From positions 8,618,001 through 8,682,000 of the forward strand of contig NC_134025.1 in NCBI RefSeq assembly GCF_964204645.1: a DNA stretch of 64,000 nucleotides, written 5' to 3'. Positions 13,802-28,559 of this stretch are shown here, piece by piece (the stretch's first letter is position 1; every line of letters starts with the position of its first letter). The notes under the pieces are model-generated. The model was not told the origin of the DNA, searched no databases, and worked only from the letters and a program-made list of their open reading frames with translations. Source of the stretch: Tubulanus polymorphus (lineage: Eukaryota; Animalia; Nemertea). The position numbers and the translations under genes are program-made.

Positions 13802-15752
13802 ATCAGAAGCAAGCGTTAGAAATAGATATCATCGAACAGGATTGTATTCAAAGCTGCCACCTACACGAATTAAACAGAGCCAGCTAATCCGAGATTACGC
13901 TTTTTACTTTGATCTCTTACGCCTACTTCTCGACTTCTTGAAGGTCGTTTCGCGATTAATAAAGTGTTCACGGGTAATTACACTCAACGTTTGTGGGACT
14001 AGTGCCCTCGTTTTCATCCATCCGTCATTCTCGATCGGTACGCATCATTTACATCGTTCATCCCATTCGATAGATTCACTAACATCGGCGGCCACATTTT
14101 TCTTACGCGAGTCGAGTTTGATCCGACTTGCTATGACCTTCATGACTCAGACCCTGACTTATTCCTCAGGAGGCAGGACGATAAGTTAAGGTAGGACTCA
14201 TCATCATCACCGATCCTCGGTTGTGAGTTGATTGATGGCATGTCACAGGATGTAAAAGACATTCCTATAGAAACTCATCCCATAACTCTTGATTAGCAGT
14301 AACATCAAGAAAACAGAAGTACGTGAATAAATCATCAAATATCCTGCTTCTTTACTTGTAAACCTAACAGATCATACAAATTATGGCTAATGTCTTGTTG
14401 TTCTTATTACAGAAGTCATAAGACGACACACATGGAGTACTTAGTTATGCAATTCGTTTTACTTTAAAATAGTGGTTTTCTAAATAAAAGGATCCACGAA
14501 GCATGCTAATTAAATCCAAAACACTAAAAACAGCATGCCTGTGATCCTAAATCCTCTTTTCTTAAATGAATTCCTATGCCCATCATCATTTAACTCTTGC
14601 ATTGACCCCATTCTTTCTGTTGACAGCGACAAATTGGCATTTCCTTTTTCCATTTATGCGTGTTGATTTGCATGAATTCTGAGATATCAAAGCCGTGCGA
14701 GATATTGCCACTCGTGATCTGCTTTGACAATATCCACCACATCCATGTGAGCAACCGAGCCAGTGGCTGTGAAGTCGAGTCGCTTTATGAATGAATGTTA
14801 CCATTGATTTCGCTTTCAGCACAACTCAATAGCAGTTTCATTTGACTTTTGAGAGTCATCTGCACGACACAAACAGCGCTGATGGCTTTCCGTGATCCTT
14901 TTGAAGCATTACGGCAGGAATAAACCGAGTACCTTCGCTGATGGACGGCGGACAGAATTTTCACCATATGCATATATTCATAAGATTTACAATCATAGAA
15001 TAAATGTTGCTTAATGTAGAACATATCTTTTCATTATGGGTATGCATGAATTTGGAATAAATGTTTATATTCTCCGAAAATGAGAGCTCAGAATAAATAC
15101 ATATAGCGCATGAAAGTATTGACTTGGTGAAGCTTCAGAATTCTGCAATAATTTCCATAAAAACATTCTACAGTAATTTTCAAGAGGCACAAAAACATTC
15201 GTGATTGCATAATCTAAACCACGACAAAAATTATAATTCCAGTCAGCCGACACAATTAAGTCAAGTTTTTAAACACTTAATATCATAATCACCAGATATT
15301 CGTCTGTTGCATATCAAGAGTTGCCAAAACGATGACAAATTGCTTCAGCAATCCAGGCAATTCGAAACACTGGTTGGTCTGGCATTCTTTTTAAAAAGAC
15401 CATACATAACCACCCAATAATGATAACAAATCCCTGTTTTGCTATGCACTCAATGTATTGATCAAACATGTGACTTGCTGGCAATACAGTCAACAAGTTA
15501 ATGATTAATTTAGACTCATGTAACTGGTCCAGTGACTAAGTGACTCAGATCTGGTCATTCGCCGAGACATGCTTTATCCATCATCCTATCGATATCAAGG
15601 CAAATCGGATAAGCGATTAATTGGGCAATGGATGGAAAATACAATTAATCATTTAAATCTACATAGAGACCCAGATATCGGGAGGTAATCCAAAACTTGC
15701 CAATGTAGAGTCAGTTAAGCTGTATTAGCAGAGCACGCTGTTGCTTTCGTAT

Positions 15753-15784
15753 TGTTGACCTTACTACTGTTGACCTTACTACTG
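15753..15784. repeat. Perfect 15-bp tandem duplication (TGTTGACCTTACTAC x2)
   Basis: Seen directly. Confidence 0.9.
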
Positions 15785-16886
15785 ATGTCCTCCTGATCAT
15801 TTCTATACGACGAGACAATCAGATTTCATGATAACGAACAATTCATCGCCGTATCTCCCTCTTCACATCTTGCCTGATCAATCACTGATATTGGCAGTGA
15901 TTGGTGATTGATTACAGGATCAATACCTTGCGTCTGTATTTGAACGCTGTAGATCAGAAAACCAATAAGTTTGCTCATATATCGCCAGCGAGATGCAATA
16001 GAACTATACTACCTTAACCAAAGCACAGTTAATGGTACAACATCACCAAAAATCATCTTTACATTCCAGCCCTTTAGTTTATCATTCAACTTTAAATGGC
16101 TACTTCTATTTATGTGGAGGCAAGGACTCGTCCCGAGTGACTCAGAATGCATGTGCAATTGACACTTAAGATGGGAAATGGGAAATCAGTGAATTGGCGC
16201 ATTGGTACATTATCATCAATTTCGTCCTGATGTAAATCACCTAAATTAGATTTTCATTTCATTTTATCAGGTAGGTCTGTCAGTCAAGGTCACCTATAAG
16301 GTGCATACTACCGATCTCAAATACAGGTTGGAACTCTCCACCAATCACGAGGATTCTGGCGAATGCCGAGATGAAAACACATAAATTCTCTTCGAGTTGG
16401 CATTTATGGCAGTAAATGTGCGTCTCCAAGCAGCGTGAGCAGAATTTCCCTGTACCGTTAATCTGTGAGCTCCAAACTCATCGTGTATTGACGATCGAGC
16501 GACCAGCAATATGTCTACAGGCCGCGATCAATGAAAGATCGCAATAGCTGGAATACGGTTCTTCGACAATCTGGCCGAATCACCATCAATAAGTGTCTGG
16601 CATGTTAACTTAGGCAAAATGGCACATTGCCAATCGCGGGATTGTCCACATCCTCGTAAATATTGTCCCGGTTTCAGCCAATCCTGACATGAACTAATGT
16701 TATGATTTAACCATATAATTCGCATCTTTGTCATCATGAAAAAGACGACCGAGCCCAGCGCCAGAGGTAATTGAATTTTCATCAACTGCGATCAGATGAC
16801 AAAAAATCAGACACAGTTTCAGATAGAAATATCTCATAATAAACAAACTCCAATATATAACGTTTATGTTCACTGATCAACTTATA

Positions 16887-17207
16887 AGCTATGTCTACAT
16901 TGGCTCGTTGAACCCAGGGTTTCAATGGACGAAAACCTGCATTTGCAGTAAGTAGCGCCTACTTTTAACTCAGCTTTGATAGTATGAATCCACATTAAGT
17001 TCAAAGTCAATTGTGGAGCTCGAACGCTCCATTGAACACGGGTTTACTGTCTACACTAGAAATAATGCAGAGTTGGATGTAAACGCGGGTTCTTTTGAAA
17101 GAAGGGTTTCTAAAACCTGGGTTTTACGGTAAACTATGCATTGAACTCGTGTTTCTAGCATAGTGTAGCTGCATAACCCGGGTCTAAGAAGCAAGCGTAG
17201 ACTAGTC
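16887..17207. mobile_element. MITE family C, Harbinger-like termini
   Basis: Left end AGCTATGTCTACATTG, right end CAAGCGTAGACTAGTC (imperfect TIR resembling GGCTATGTCTACAC-type Harbinger ends); internal repeated AACCCGGGTT-like palindromes; TA/TAA flanks. Confidence 0.55.
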
Positions 17208-20124
17208 TATAAATTTCCTGCCTAAAAACCTAAAACCGATACTACTGTATAATTGATAATTCCCCTCTACCCATTAATCGCGGTTCTAATTTCTATTTCG
17301 GACACATCAGAAAAGAAAACTGGTTCATGCGAAGGTCATGCAGCATTTTGACGGCTGCCAGTACAATTCCAACTCAATCACTTACCTATTTCACGGTCAC
17401 ATGATACCGAGGCCAGCAACGGAGCGAACACAATATCCCCGGGGAACAGACATCAACATCGATGTGAATATGAAAAGAGAACGAACAGGGAAAAACTCTG
17501 TTAGAATAATGTGATTAACTACAATAACAGTAAGCGCAATATAATTACATTAAATCATAGTGGCTACGTTTTTTAATTGACTAAAAGTGTCAGCTTGATC
17601 ACTGCTGAATGAGAAAAACGTTTAATTAATCAAACAGTCCCATAATTTTCAATCAATACCCAAGCGAATATTAAAACCACAAACAGCATAACTTTTTATC
17701 ATCTTTTGTCATCGTAATAATTATTTCAACTCATATTTTCCGACCTGACAGATGCAGTCCTACGAAACAACAGCGCATATTTCTGTTGCTTGAAAATGTT
17801 ACAGTTTTTGAAAAAATATGTTTCCCAAGAAACTGAAGAAGCTTCAATTGCTTCTCGTTTCCCAATCGACCAAAAGCCTCATTGAATTCGCAATTATAAC
17901 ATCATACACATTCTAACCGAGCTGCGCTGTGTGAGCTTGTGTGAATTTTAATTCGATACAATGTTTTTTTTAATTTGAAGGAGAATTTGATGCAATTTTC
18001 CACAACGATGACTCCGTACGCTCAGAAAATTCTATAATTGCGCGCACGCGAAGTGCTGAGATGCGCCGCAGTGTGAATAGGAAAACATGCGAGGGGAAAT
18101 CTCTGAAGAAGCAGTCGAGGCTCAAAGATCGCAACAGGATGATTTCAGCCACATGACGACTAGGCGATATGGTATTAAAAGATCCAGGGTTGATATCAGA
18201 ATACACGGCGCAGCAAGATTGGTTTATAATTGCGCTCCATGGATAAGAATGATGTAATCAGTTGTGAGGAATCTCTCATCAAAAACAATGGATTATTACT
18301 TCCAAAATGAACCGTAAAACCTCATTGCCATTTTTTTACAAGCATTCGATTTGCTTTTCGCTTTTTTGTAGTTAATTGTTGACCAACCAGCCTCACAATG
18401 ACTACAAAACATCGGTGGACTTTTTTTGTTATCCGTTTAAATCAAAGTGACTCTTACCTATACCAGCCGAAGGATGTTCTAATGCAAACACACGACCGGC
18501 AAACATCGGTCTCATGTTGTGTTGTAAGAAGCTCGTTACAAAAAACTGAATAACGCTCTTAATGAGCGAACTTCCGGTTGCCAATTGTTCTCTTTCAGAA
18601 AAGTTATCGGAAAAACTTACAGCTTGCTGCCGATGACAGTTATATCAATAGCTCGTAAGGATGTAACTGTCATATATATGTGTCTGACAAACTTTTCAGC
18701 AGCTTTCACAAGACCTATTCATGAGCATACACAAGTGTCTGCCGAACCATTAGAGGAATATCTTATAAGATTATACTTGAATTTGTTGCCGTATGCTATC
18801 TCTAAGCATATAGGTAAAGCAACTCGACGGATGCCTATAAAATAATTTCTGGCTTGATATATCGAATGACAATGCGGTAATTTTTTTTAGATATGGAAAC
18901 GACAATGTCGGACCCATTGAAATGAATCGAGGAAAAAGAAACTATTTTCATAAAGAACCGTAATGAGTCATTGAGAGGTAAATAAACACCATAATGCATC
19001 GAGACGTACTAAATTTCTTAATCATCGTCATCGCAGTCGCCGCTGAAGAGTTATTATTCGATATAAAAGATTAACGCATTCTGCCGTCCTGTAACACAAT
19101 TCTCGATTCTGTTGGAATAAATTTGAGCTATTTCTATTCGTGGCATGTGGATATTTGGTCCATTAGCCCTGACTCAGCACAATTCATAGGTGCTAGCATC
19201 GATATTGCTCCCCGCTGAACCATTTAAGCAAAATGCCATCATCATCAACATCATCATCATTGTTGTCGTCGTCATCATCGCTGCGACGCGGACGGGATAT
19301 ACCGCCGTTCGCGCGCAGGCTCATTCACCATTTATCATTCTTTACTTACTCATAGCACGGGCGGATACCCTACCCTACCTTTAACCCGAGCAAATTTATC
19401 AAAGGTATCATTTACAAGCCGCAATCATTGACGACCAGCCACTTATGACATCATGCACTAGCCAAGTGCTGTAATCCGAGCCGAGCATAGAAATTCTTAA
19501 GCGGTATTTGCACATTTTTCATATCGACTGTGACACTGAGAACAGTATTAGGCCGCGCCGTAGATGGATTTTTTCCTATTCAGATTAATGTATAGAATGG
19601 TAATGAAATTACTTTCAGCACTGATCAATTTTCATACGGAATACGCCCTGAGAATAGCCTATATATTAAGCAAAATGAATATTGCTATTCATTCGTTAAG
19701 ATAAATGGGCGAGGGTTGGGTAACCTGCTAACGATCGCTGTGATATAGACAAACAGATGTTGCAGACAGGTAGATATATCAGAATACAAGTAATAAATAC
19801 TTTATGAATAATATTCTGGATGTATTCAGGTATACGTGCATTGTTTCAAAAACAAGCGATGCTCTAATTGCTACTTAAACTAGGCTATTCAGCCTGTATT
19901 ATTTCATTTTCAGCATTTGAAGCCCATCAGTTCATGCGGAAAATGCAGGATTTCTTATTGAAGAATGAAAAGGATCTAAACATTCCAGACCCTTGATAAA
20001 TCAAGAATTCATTGGCTGATGGTGCCGAAGATAATGCAACAGAGGTTGATATAGGAATCGAATCAACGTATCTTAAAACCAATGAACTTAATTTTTCTAG
20101 ACTTGTAATATCATATACACCGAC

Positions 20125-20175
20125 CTTTTTGATATTTTTGTTATTCTCATCTCGTTTCCAAAGTTTACCCGCCAT
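20125..20175 (-). CDS. Candidate alternative first coding exon MAGKLWKRDENNKNIKK, phase 0
   Basis: gctATGG Kozak context at 20175; 17 codons ending AAG|GTCGGT (intron starts 20124); CpG-rich upstream region 20370-20640 with ACAGTC Inr-like motifs. Confidence 0.5.
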
Positions 20176-23100
20176 AGCGACTTATCAACGCGGTAGAACG
20201 TTAAGAATTTAAATCCGAATGATAATCCATCTTAAATAGCGAAACACTTGCCGAGCTGCCAATTATAAATTCCGATATCTAGAATTGATTCATTATTCAT
20301 AGATCCTTAAAACATTGAACAAAGTTGTTAATCTCGTACAAAACGCCCCTTAATCCGAATTTTACCATGACAATCGCGCGTTAAAATCCCCGAGCGATGA
20401 AACGGACGAAAAAATTGCTGTTGCTCGACGCGATCGGTTACTGTATACTTTCCGCGACCGAACAATTGTGAGAATTCCGACGCTGTATTCAACCAGACAC
20501 GGAGAACAAGTGATGAAATAATGACGGCATTGCTACGTGAACCGACTGTGAAACTCAGTCACAGTCCCATATATAAATAACGACTGTATCTCGAGATTGT
20601 ATACGCAGACAACTAACCCTGTCACTGTAGCATATGCGTATATACGTTACAGTAGTGCCGAAACTGAAAACGCTATAACTCTCTTCAGATATGATTGATT
20701 TTGTAACTGTTTCAATCAAATATCAATCAGCACGGCAAGCAAGATACGTTCATCTTCAGAACAGCGTACAGAAATTGTCTTACAGGCATATAAATGATAT
20801 TTCTAAAGATCGTCATCTTCGTATTCCATCGGTTCTTCGGACTCGAATCATTTAAGAGGCAAACACTCACAAGCAACACTGTGAGTACAGTATAAAAACG
20901 GCGTTTCATCAACTTTTTTTCGGCGTTAAGTGTAATCCATGAATATTTATATACAAATATGTATTATTACACATCTATCCGGTTTGTGAGCGAACGCATC
21001 TTCCGGGCAAATCCAATATCTCTGTTAATTCATCATCATCATCGTCGTCGGGCGTCTAGTGAAAAATATCGCTCGCCGTTGCATCCACATATTACGTAAA
21101 ACTAATTAACAATGCAATGAATCCGTAAAATACTCAATAGAAAAAATAATAATCAGAAACAACGGAAATGGATATTCAGTATTCCAAAATTCATACGTTC
21201 TCCATTGACATCGGCGTTTACTCGATAAGCGAACTCGTTATGAATCCCATTTCCAAAAAGTACGAGTTCGACGCTTAAAAACCGATATTCCGCGGCAACA
21301 AATTTTGAAATATGTATAAGCTTACAGTGCATTTCGACCAGTGACGAACTCGGCGATAATTTCTGTGCCGATCGGCGAAAATTTATCGCTTCTTAATCCG
21401 ACGATGATTCAATACTGCGACGACATGACAGCGTCGTCTGCGTAACCAGTTCCAGTGAAACCAAACGCGAATACTTGACCAATCGCTTTACGATCACAAT
21501 ACAGACATTATTTATGCATCGATCTAAACCTGTGCGTTCACAAAAACACAATTAGCCATATTAGTAACCTACATTACTAATTAACCATTGATTTATCAAA
21601 TAATCAATCGGCTGATACGTGATATGAAGTATCTCAGTCCTTCATAGCTGCATTATTAATCCTTTCTTCAACCACTGTTTCCCGTTACTGTCAGTCACTA
21701 CTGATATCTTCGAAGCTTTCCCAATGGAAAGAGAACCTTCATTAGATCAGTTCCTCCTTAACAGTACTCTACCAGTAATTCTTCTCGAAATAAATATCTT
21801 CGTTATGAATTATTACGAAAATCCTAACTTGAAACAGTGAAAAATTATTTTCAATGCTTCGAAATGTATAAGTTCTTTTGTTACTCCAAATTCCGAAAGG
21901 TTACCATTAACAACGGAGTTAGTTCGAAAAAATTACGGAAAAGCTCCGAAATTTTCTTCGAATGACCGCCCGAAACTTGTACAGCAAGCCACTGATCAAC
22001 TTCTTTCCCTCATCCCTCGACCAAGGAGGAGGAACAACTGCGTAACAGAACTCGCACCAGCTGCAGATCAGTCTGGTAGCTGAATTGATTGCTTTTTGCG
22101 GTTTGGTGCTAATTAACGCGGCTAATCAGCTCAAAGCCTCAGTCACTCAGTTAAGACAATATCAGTAGTAACGAAGAACATCTTACCATTATCATGAATG
22201 CCCTCTTCCCTCCTACCAGAAGAATGGAAGATTTCTTCGATTCAACATCTGGCAAGTGGAGATTTCTAATCAGGAAACTAACAGGAATGATCTGCACGAA
22301 GTCAATGAAAGGTATGAGCTTTGCCAACCTGTGAATCTTGAACTAAGGACGACTTTGAGGCCATATATTATTTCACCGGGACACCAGTGGCAGCAAGCCA
22401 GAAACTGTATCTGGATATATAGGCAGCCATTGGATTTGATTTGCAGATTTTTAACTATCTTTTTTTGTGAAGTGAAAGCTTGTAATGCTAGAAAAACTAG
22501 AACATAAATGTAAAACCACTAATCATTGAAAATGTCCCATTTATTTCTGCAATCAACTGAATGAAGTACTTTTTTATAATGTCATAAAATCTTTCTCCAC
22601 GTTTTATTCATCTCGCTATATGATGATGATTGTTGCTGTCTGGTTATAGCTATACCTCAACAGCCACCTGTAACCGAACCAGCCACAGTTTAAGCGGTCC
22701 CCGTAGAAAACTCATCAAATATTGACAACCCCCGGATGTCGACTGCATAATCATCCTAAATCTAATCACAAAGCTGAAAAGATTTACATCTGTACTAGGT
22801 GGTAGTCAGGAACGGGTCATTGAGTCCAGTCAGTGCATATATCGTATAATCGATATAAAACTTGATACTAATATCACTTCGATATGATTAACCATGTATT
22901 CAGTGGAAAATACGAAAGAATATTACACAAGAATTCATTCATATAGAATTTTCAATTTTTCAATTCTATTACATGTCGATCATTGATGTTTTGAATCAAA
23001 TTCCCATCATTTGAGTCATTCGATTATATTTTCAGTCACAAATGCCAGCTCAAGTTACAGGTTCCCGTATCAAATTTCATCCGTGACCATGAAATAGATT

Positions 23101-25689
23101 TCTATTGAATGAACACGAAGGTAATGACGCCAGTGGAAATAATAATAACTTTCGAATAAAATCGTTGCATCACGCGACTGGGAAAATGACCTAACCGCAC
23201 GGGACGCTGAAGCATCGGCAAGACACAACATAAGACAAGTGAGATTTCAGTGCGTAAGATTGGACGGATGACAGATCTTAATCTGAACAGTGACGCCAAC
23301 CGGTCGCCCTGGCAAAATCCCGTCCAACTTAACATGCAATCAAATCGACAGTTAAATCTATATCCCGCACGACGAGTCGTACCCGCTAATCAACGGCCCG
23401 CGCATGACTAATACATGCGAACCCCAAACTCTCCGAGATACAGCGATCCCCAGAGACCGGCGCGGCGGTAGATTCCGGTGATAAAAATCATAACCGTCCA
23501 TTTAACTCGCAGTCATCAAACACTTCGGCTTTCGTCGATCAATTTTTATTATTCAATTATCGTCGGGGCTGCGGCAGCGGTGGTGGCGTCTGGCATATTC
23601 CGCACCAGACAAATCCGCATAATGAACAATCATCGCCAGCCTGATGTACCGGATCAAATAAATCCATAAGAAACAACAAACACGGCTTAACATTTACAAA
23701 CGAAAGAGACAGAAACGCAAATAAAAACCGGAGAATTTCAGACCGTCTTATTGAAGCCGCGCAAACTGCGATCCATATCTTATCAAAGCACGCTTATTCA
23801 TGTGAGAACGTAGATTAGGTTATTTACAGCTATCTGCGAAAAAACAATGTCTTAAGTAAAAACTAGTTACGTGGTGGATGCAGCTCTACATGTGATGAAT
23901 ATATATCTTGACCAATCTCAACCTATTGTTATTGATATTCTATAGTTCCGACGTGATGTGGACACTGATATTACTAGTTTATGACATGTCTGAGGCTGTC
24001 AGCTACAGACACAGCAAGTGATATAAAGTGACACGTTTCACACACACACACAGTACTACATCCAAACCTTCATGAATCGATCTATCAACCAACTGAATTA
24101 CTGGTGAAGCCATAATTGTAAACACATCTGATATCATAATCAATTTAACAGTCTGCTTAAACTACACTCAAAATGACCTTTAACTTGTCATAGAACTTTC
24201 ATTTAATATTCCACAACTCACTATCAAAATGAATAGAATTTTTCATATGATGACACAGTACTAAGTCTAAGGCTTGTAAATGGGTTTTTACTTCATTGCC
24301 TTTGACATAGAGCGGCTATTCCAGAAAAACGATTATTGTGGTTAAGTCAGTCAATTAGCTGCGCAAATATTGGTGGCTGTGACACTACTTGGCCGATTAG
24401 TGACTACTCAGTGCAACAAGTTGACTCTGGGCCAGCACGCCATCAAGTATGTATACTGCTTGGATGTTGCTTGAAGTATATCGACACTGGATAAGTGAAT
24501 GAACCACAGGTATAACAGGGTTTTATGATGATCTAAAAGGGATATCACGGACTGTTGCATCTTCTTACTCATATCAATATATCCAGGGCTCGACTTGCTA
24601 TGATTCACCGCAATATCTTACATTTCAGTCTTAAAAACAATCTTTATGGGTATATACCAGAAGTGCCTCAAAACTTGTGTAGGCTTTTTATCAGAAAGAA
24701 AACATAATTTGTAAGATAAACTGGCTCATTCCTAAGTCAAGCAAATCAAGATGGCTGCTGCACTTTTCACGAAAAAGACAGATCGGGCAACAAATAATTC
24801 ATGATTTTTTTAGACAAGAACGAATGTTTCAATTTAAATCGCTAAGCTCAGCTTCTTTTCATTAATTAAAGTGCAACAGTGCCTCTGTTGCCGGTGAGAC
24901 TATCCTTGATCAGCCCCACCCTCATAATTTAAGCAAGTTGATTGATTAAACGCTTGCTGCGATGTTATCCACAGATTAAAGTGACGATTTCCTGTATGGA
25001 TATTATGGAATCCATTTTGACATCAACTCAGCAGGCAACGATGCCATATATTTAATCAAGTGCAAAACTTCACGCTGACAGCCTCATTAAAGAAATTCTA
25101 CTTGAGAAAATAAATTGGTAATATAGAACTATATCGATTTTCATTCCCCGCACAACGAAATGGAACGAAAAGAAAGTCAACCTTTAATCGTTGACCCATT
25201 AATGATTGTGGAAGCGCTCTAATATTTTCCAAAACGAGGGAATCTGGATAACGCAATAAATCAGGCAGCGACAGATTTAACAAACAAGGTGATTGAAACA
25301 TTTTCGAATGGCCGAGAATGCTAACTGTTGCCAGATATTGGTCTGAAAGAATTAGTTTTTTATCAGTTAGCTAATAAGACACATGCAAAAATAAATAAAA
25401 AGCAAATCAAGTTAGCGATGACAAGTTTACTAAAAGATGGATTCAGCATAACTGATCTGACTGAGTTAATCTGATAATCTGACCCGTACACAATTACTTT
25501 ATATATGTGTACTCAACAAGATTATAGTAACTATGGTAACAGGAATGTCATCAACTGGGACTGGCTGATGAGAGCCTCTCAAAAGGTACAACCCACTACC
25601 CCCGGTAATGGAACCAATTACTAATTTCCACTAGCATATTCGGAATCAATTCCACCATATATTTTAAAGAAGCCTTTTTACAATCAGTA

Positions 25690-25921
25690 ATAAACTAATT
25701 CTTAAATCACTGTATCATCACGATACCAGAACCGAGCCAGAAGCCCCCATCTGACACATGATCCAATAACTACTGCCTCTAAAAGGATTAAATCAAAAAT
25801 CGGTCTGATAAACAAATTCTTAAATCACCGTCATCGTGATACCAAACTGAACTGAACTGCAGAAGACCCTGACACAAAATTCAATAACTGCTGCCTCTAA
25901 AAGGATTAGATTAAAAATCGG
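25690..25921. repeat. Diverged local tandem duplication, period about 118 bp, two copies
   Basis: Both copies share AATTCTTAAATCAC...GATACCA...CTGACACA...CAATAACT(A/G)CTGCCTCTAAAAGGATTA...AAAAATCGG. Confidence 0.85.
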
Positions 25922-28475
25922 GCATCTTCATCTAAAATGTAATCATCTCATCCAATTTCAATTTGCAAAAGTTTTGCAGCGCTGTCGGAAGACGCTATTT
26001 ACTTTTTCAGGATAAATAATGAAATTGAGTGGAATCATCGTGTTTAACAAGCCGGATAGCAATCATATTACAACTGCAGTGAGATTACATTTCCTACGCC
26101 CGAAGACACAGCATGAAAGCAACTGTTGCTTGTGACTCTTTATAGCTACCACCACTGCTGTTGTATTGTTTGTCAGTTTTTATTTCCACCTCCAACAAAT
26201 TTTTCTACAAAGGTGTACTTCCTTCTGAAAATGTACTTCACCCATCATAAAACATTTTATTTTTCCTTATTATGAAATGAAATCACTAATAGATATGGCT
26301 ATGCTATTTATTGAATACAATGGCTATGCTGTTCGCTGAATTCCATTAATTAATTTAGACTTGAGGCATTTGGTTGGTGAATTCTGGCAAGAATTTGACC
26401 ACTAGTGAAATGGTCCATTGGACAGACACCTAGGTTACTGATAATCTAAGGCACTCATATCCAAAAACACAATATTTTTCATTTTTTAAATTCCTCCTCA
26501 ACACACTGTCTATAGACTAATCCACACCTTTCCCATACGATATGAATCATGTCTCTTTCATTTATCTGAACTTCTTCTGCGTTATGTTATAGATCATCTC
26601 TCTCCATTTCATCTCTAGTCTCGATCTCAATCATTTCTATATCCTGAGTGTCTGTGAGAATTCTACCGATGGTGAGTGAGTTATATAATCAGATCAGCTC
26701 ACGAGAGAGAAAATGGGATTGGCTGATGCATAAATCCGGATGTTGAGCGATTGTTCGTTCGTTTCGCGATACTCCGTCTCAGCTATCACAGCAATTTATC
26801 CAACAATGCAGCACGTTTGCACCAGTTACGTTATTAACACTAGAATCCTATAATTGCCTCAATCTCTTCCTGTACGAGCAGCATAACGCAGGCTTCCATT
26901 TATCTAAAAGTTTATAGGAATTTAGGTAGCTATCGGGAGTGTGCCTATTAGTAAACAATCGAGTAATCTTTGAAAAGCTGAATGGAAGATCGATAGATCT
27001 TCACCGGTTCAAAATGATAAGTATCCAATAATAATAGAAGGATTCTTCCTCTAGATGACTGGTGGCAGATGCTTCCTTTGGTTCAAAGAAGCTTTACAGA
27101 TCCTAAGCCACATTTCTACCAATGATGAAAAATAAAATCAAATGTTTTCAACATCGAAAGAAACATTTCTTGATAAATAAGGCTGTATTTTATTAGTTGG
27201 ATTACGGATCCACTAACAAACTGTTCTTATTTCTAGGTTTAAAGAAACATCTGTAATTTTCTACACTGCTGCATCATCTTTTAACATCACACATTTATTC
27301 TCATTTTTTTTTCAAATTCTCCTGCCTGATCAAGTGGTGAATCCAATGCCCAATTACTTCAAGTCCATCAAATCCGTAATCCAACTTATGATAGAAAAAA
27401 ACCCAGCCTAACTCCTTTAGGATACAGTGGATTAGATCGATGCGTTGAACTATATGTTCTGGGGTGACAAAATAACGTGCAAAGAATTCAAAACAAGCGT
27501 CTAATCAATCATTGATTCTTACACTTCACTTCACCTCACAGAACGAATCGATCGCGGGCGCTTTTGGAAGAAATCACAATTCGTGATTTTGAAATACGAC
27601 GGAAGCGTCTCGACAACATCGTAAATAATCCGATGAAACATTCACCGCGAAAATAACGCCGAACAAAACGAGCTTATTATCAAATTTTCGTATCGTTTTT
27701 TGAAGATGACGAAGTGTCTTTAACCGAAAAAGAATTGTTATCAAAACACCAGCAAGTTTTTAACCCTTTAGTGGTTGTGTATAGGATATCAAAGGTTTAA
27801 AAGAATTACTCTAGATTTTTACCCTAAGCATTGAGTGATTGAAATAAAAATTGTCTTGACTAGAATAATTTTACTGTGGTTGATTGATTATTTTGGCAGA
27901 GGCTCCAAATCGGACATAACCACACGCGCCAAAATGAGATTATGTTATAGAACCTAGAATTATTGAAAAAATTCAATGTTTTTTTGATATTTGGCGAGGT
28001 CGCCAAAATGGAATATTCTTCCTTTTGGCACGTGCTAAAACCAATTTTTTTATGACAATTCGACAATCTTTTCGTTTTGGCGTTCTGGCACCCTCATTTG
28101 CATATCAGGAATTTTACGTTATGGCCCTAGTCAGCCTCCATAAGGAACAGATTGATTTTTGAGAAATATGACACCAAACTGAACTAATCAAGTCACCACA
28201 GTACAGCAGCCATCCATTTTTAATGGTCTCATCATTCTTGGCCATGACCAGCTTTACAGTAATGAGAATGGCTGAGTCAAATAATTAGTGTCTGAGTTAA
28301 TGGAAGCATGTGGCGCAGACAATTTATGCATAAAAACTGACATATAAGTATTAGAATTAATATCCGCGGTGAACTCATTGGAAAAACAACAATGATGAAA
28401 TGACCTTGCCATCTTAATGAAAAGTAGCATCAAATTTTCAAAATCAGTTGATTTGAATTCACATTGATATTGTAC

Positions 28476-28559
28476 CTGTTTGCGACCATATTCAGTACGT
28501 ATGAAATGACCGGGTTTAGCGCGTTCAATCCTTTTTACGGTAATCCTTGCGTTCGACAT
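28476..28559 (-). CDS. Candidate alternative first coding exon MSNARITVKRIERAKPGHFIRTEYGRKQ, phase 0
   Basis: ataATG at 28559; 28 codons ending CAG|GTACAA (intron starts 28475); Inr-like TTAGTC at 28918-28913. Lies within tracked ORF 28254..28610. Confidence 0.55.

Noticed and set aside
14084-14143. Phase-0 candidate MKVIASRIKLDSRKKNVAAD|GTTAGT on minus strand
   Set aside because: Weak exonic donor context (GAT) and no clear upstream promoter signature; likely a product of my phase-0 search bias.
20687-20725. Hairpin starting AGATATGATTGAT, superficially like miR-190; also isolated seed-like matches to bantam and miR-34 elsewhere
   Set aside because: Matches do not extend through the mature sequences and the stems are too short for a pre-miRNA.
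21197-21211. Five-codon candidate MSMEN|GTATGA on minus strand beside a CpG patch
   Set aside because: Too short to support from sequence alone; worth checking only with RNA data.
27760-28095. TTAA-CCCTTT piggyBac-like left end
   Set aside because: No matching right terminus found.
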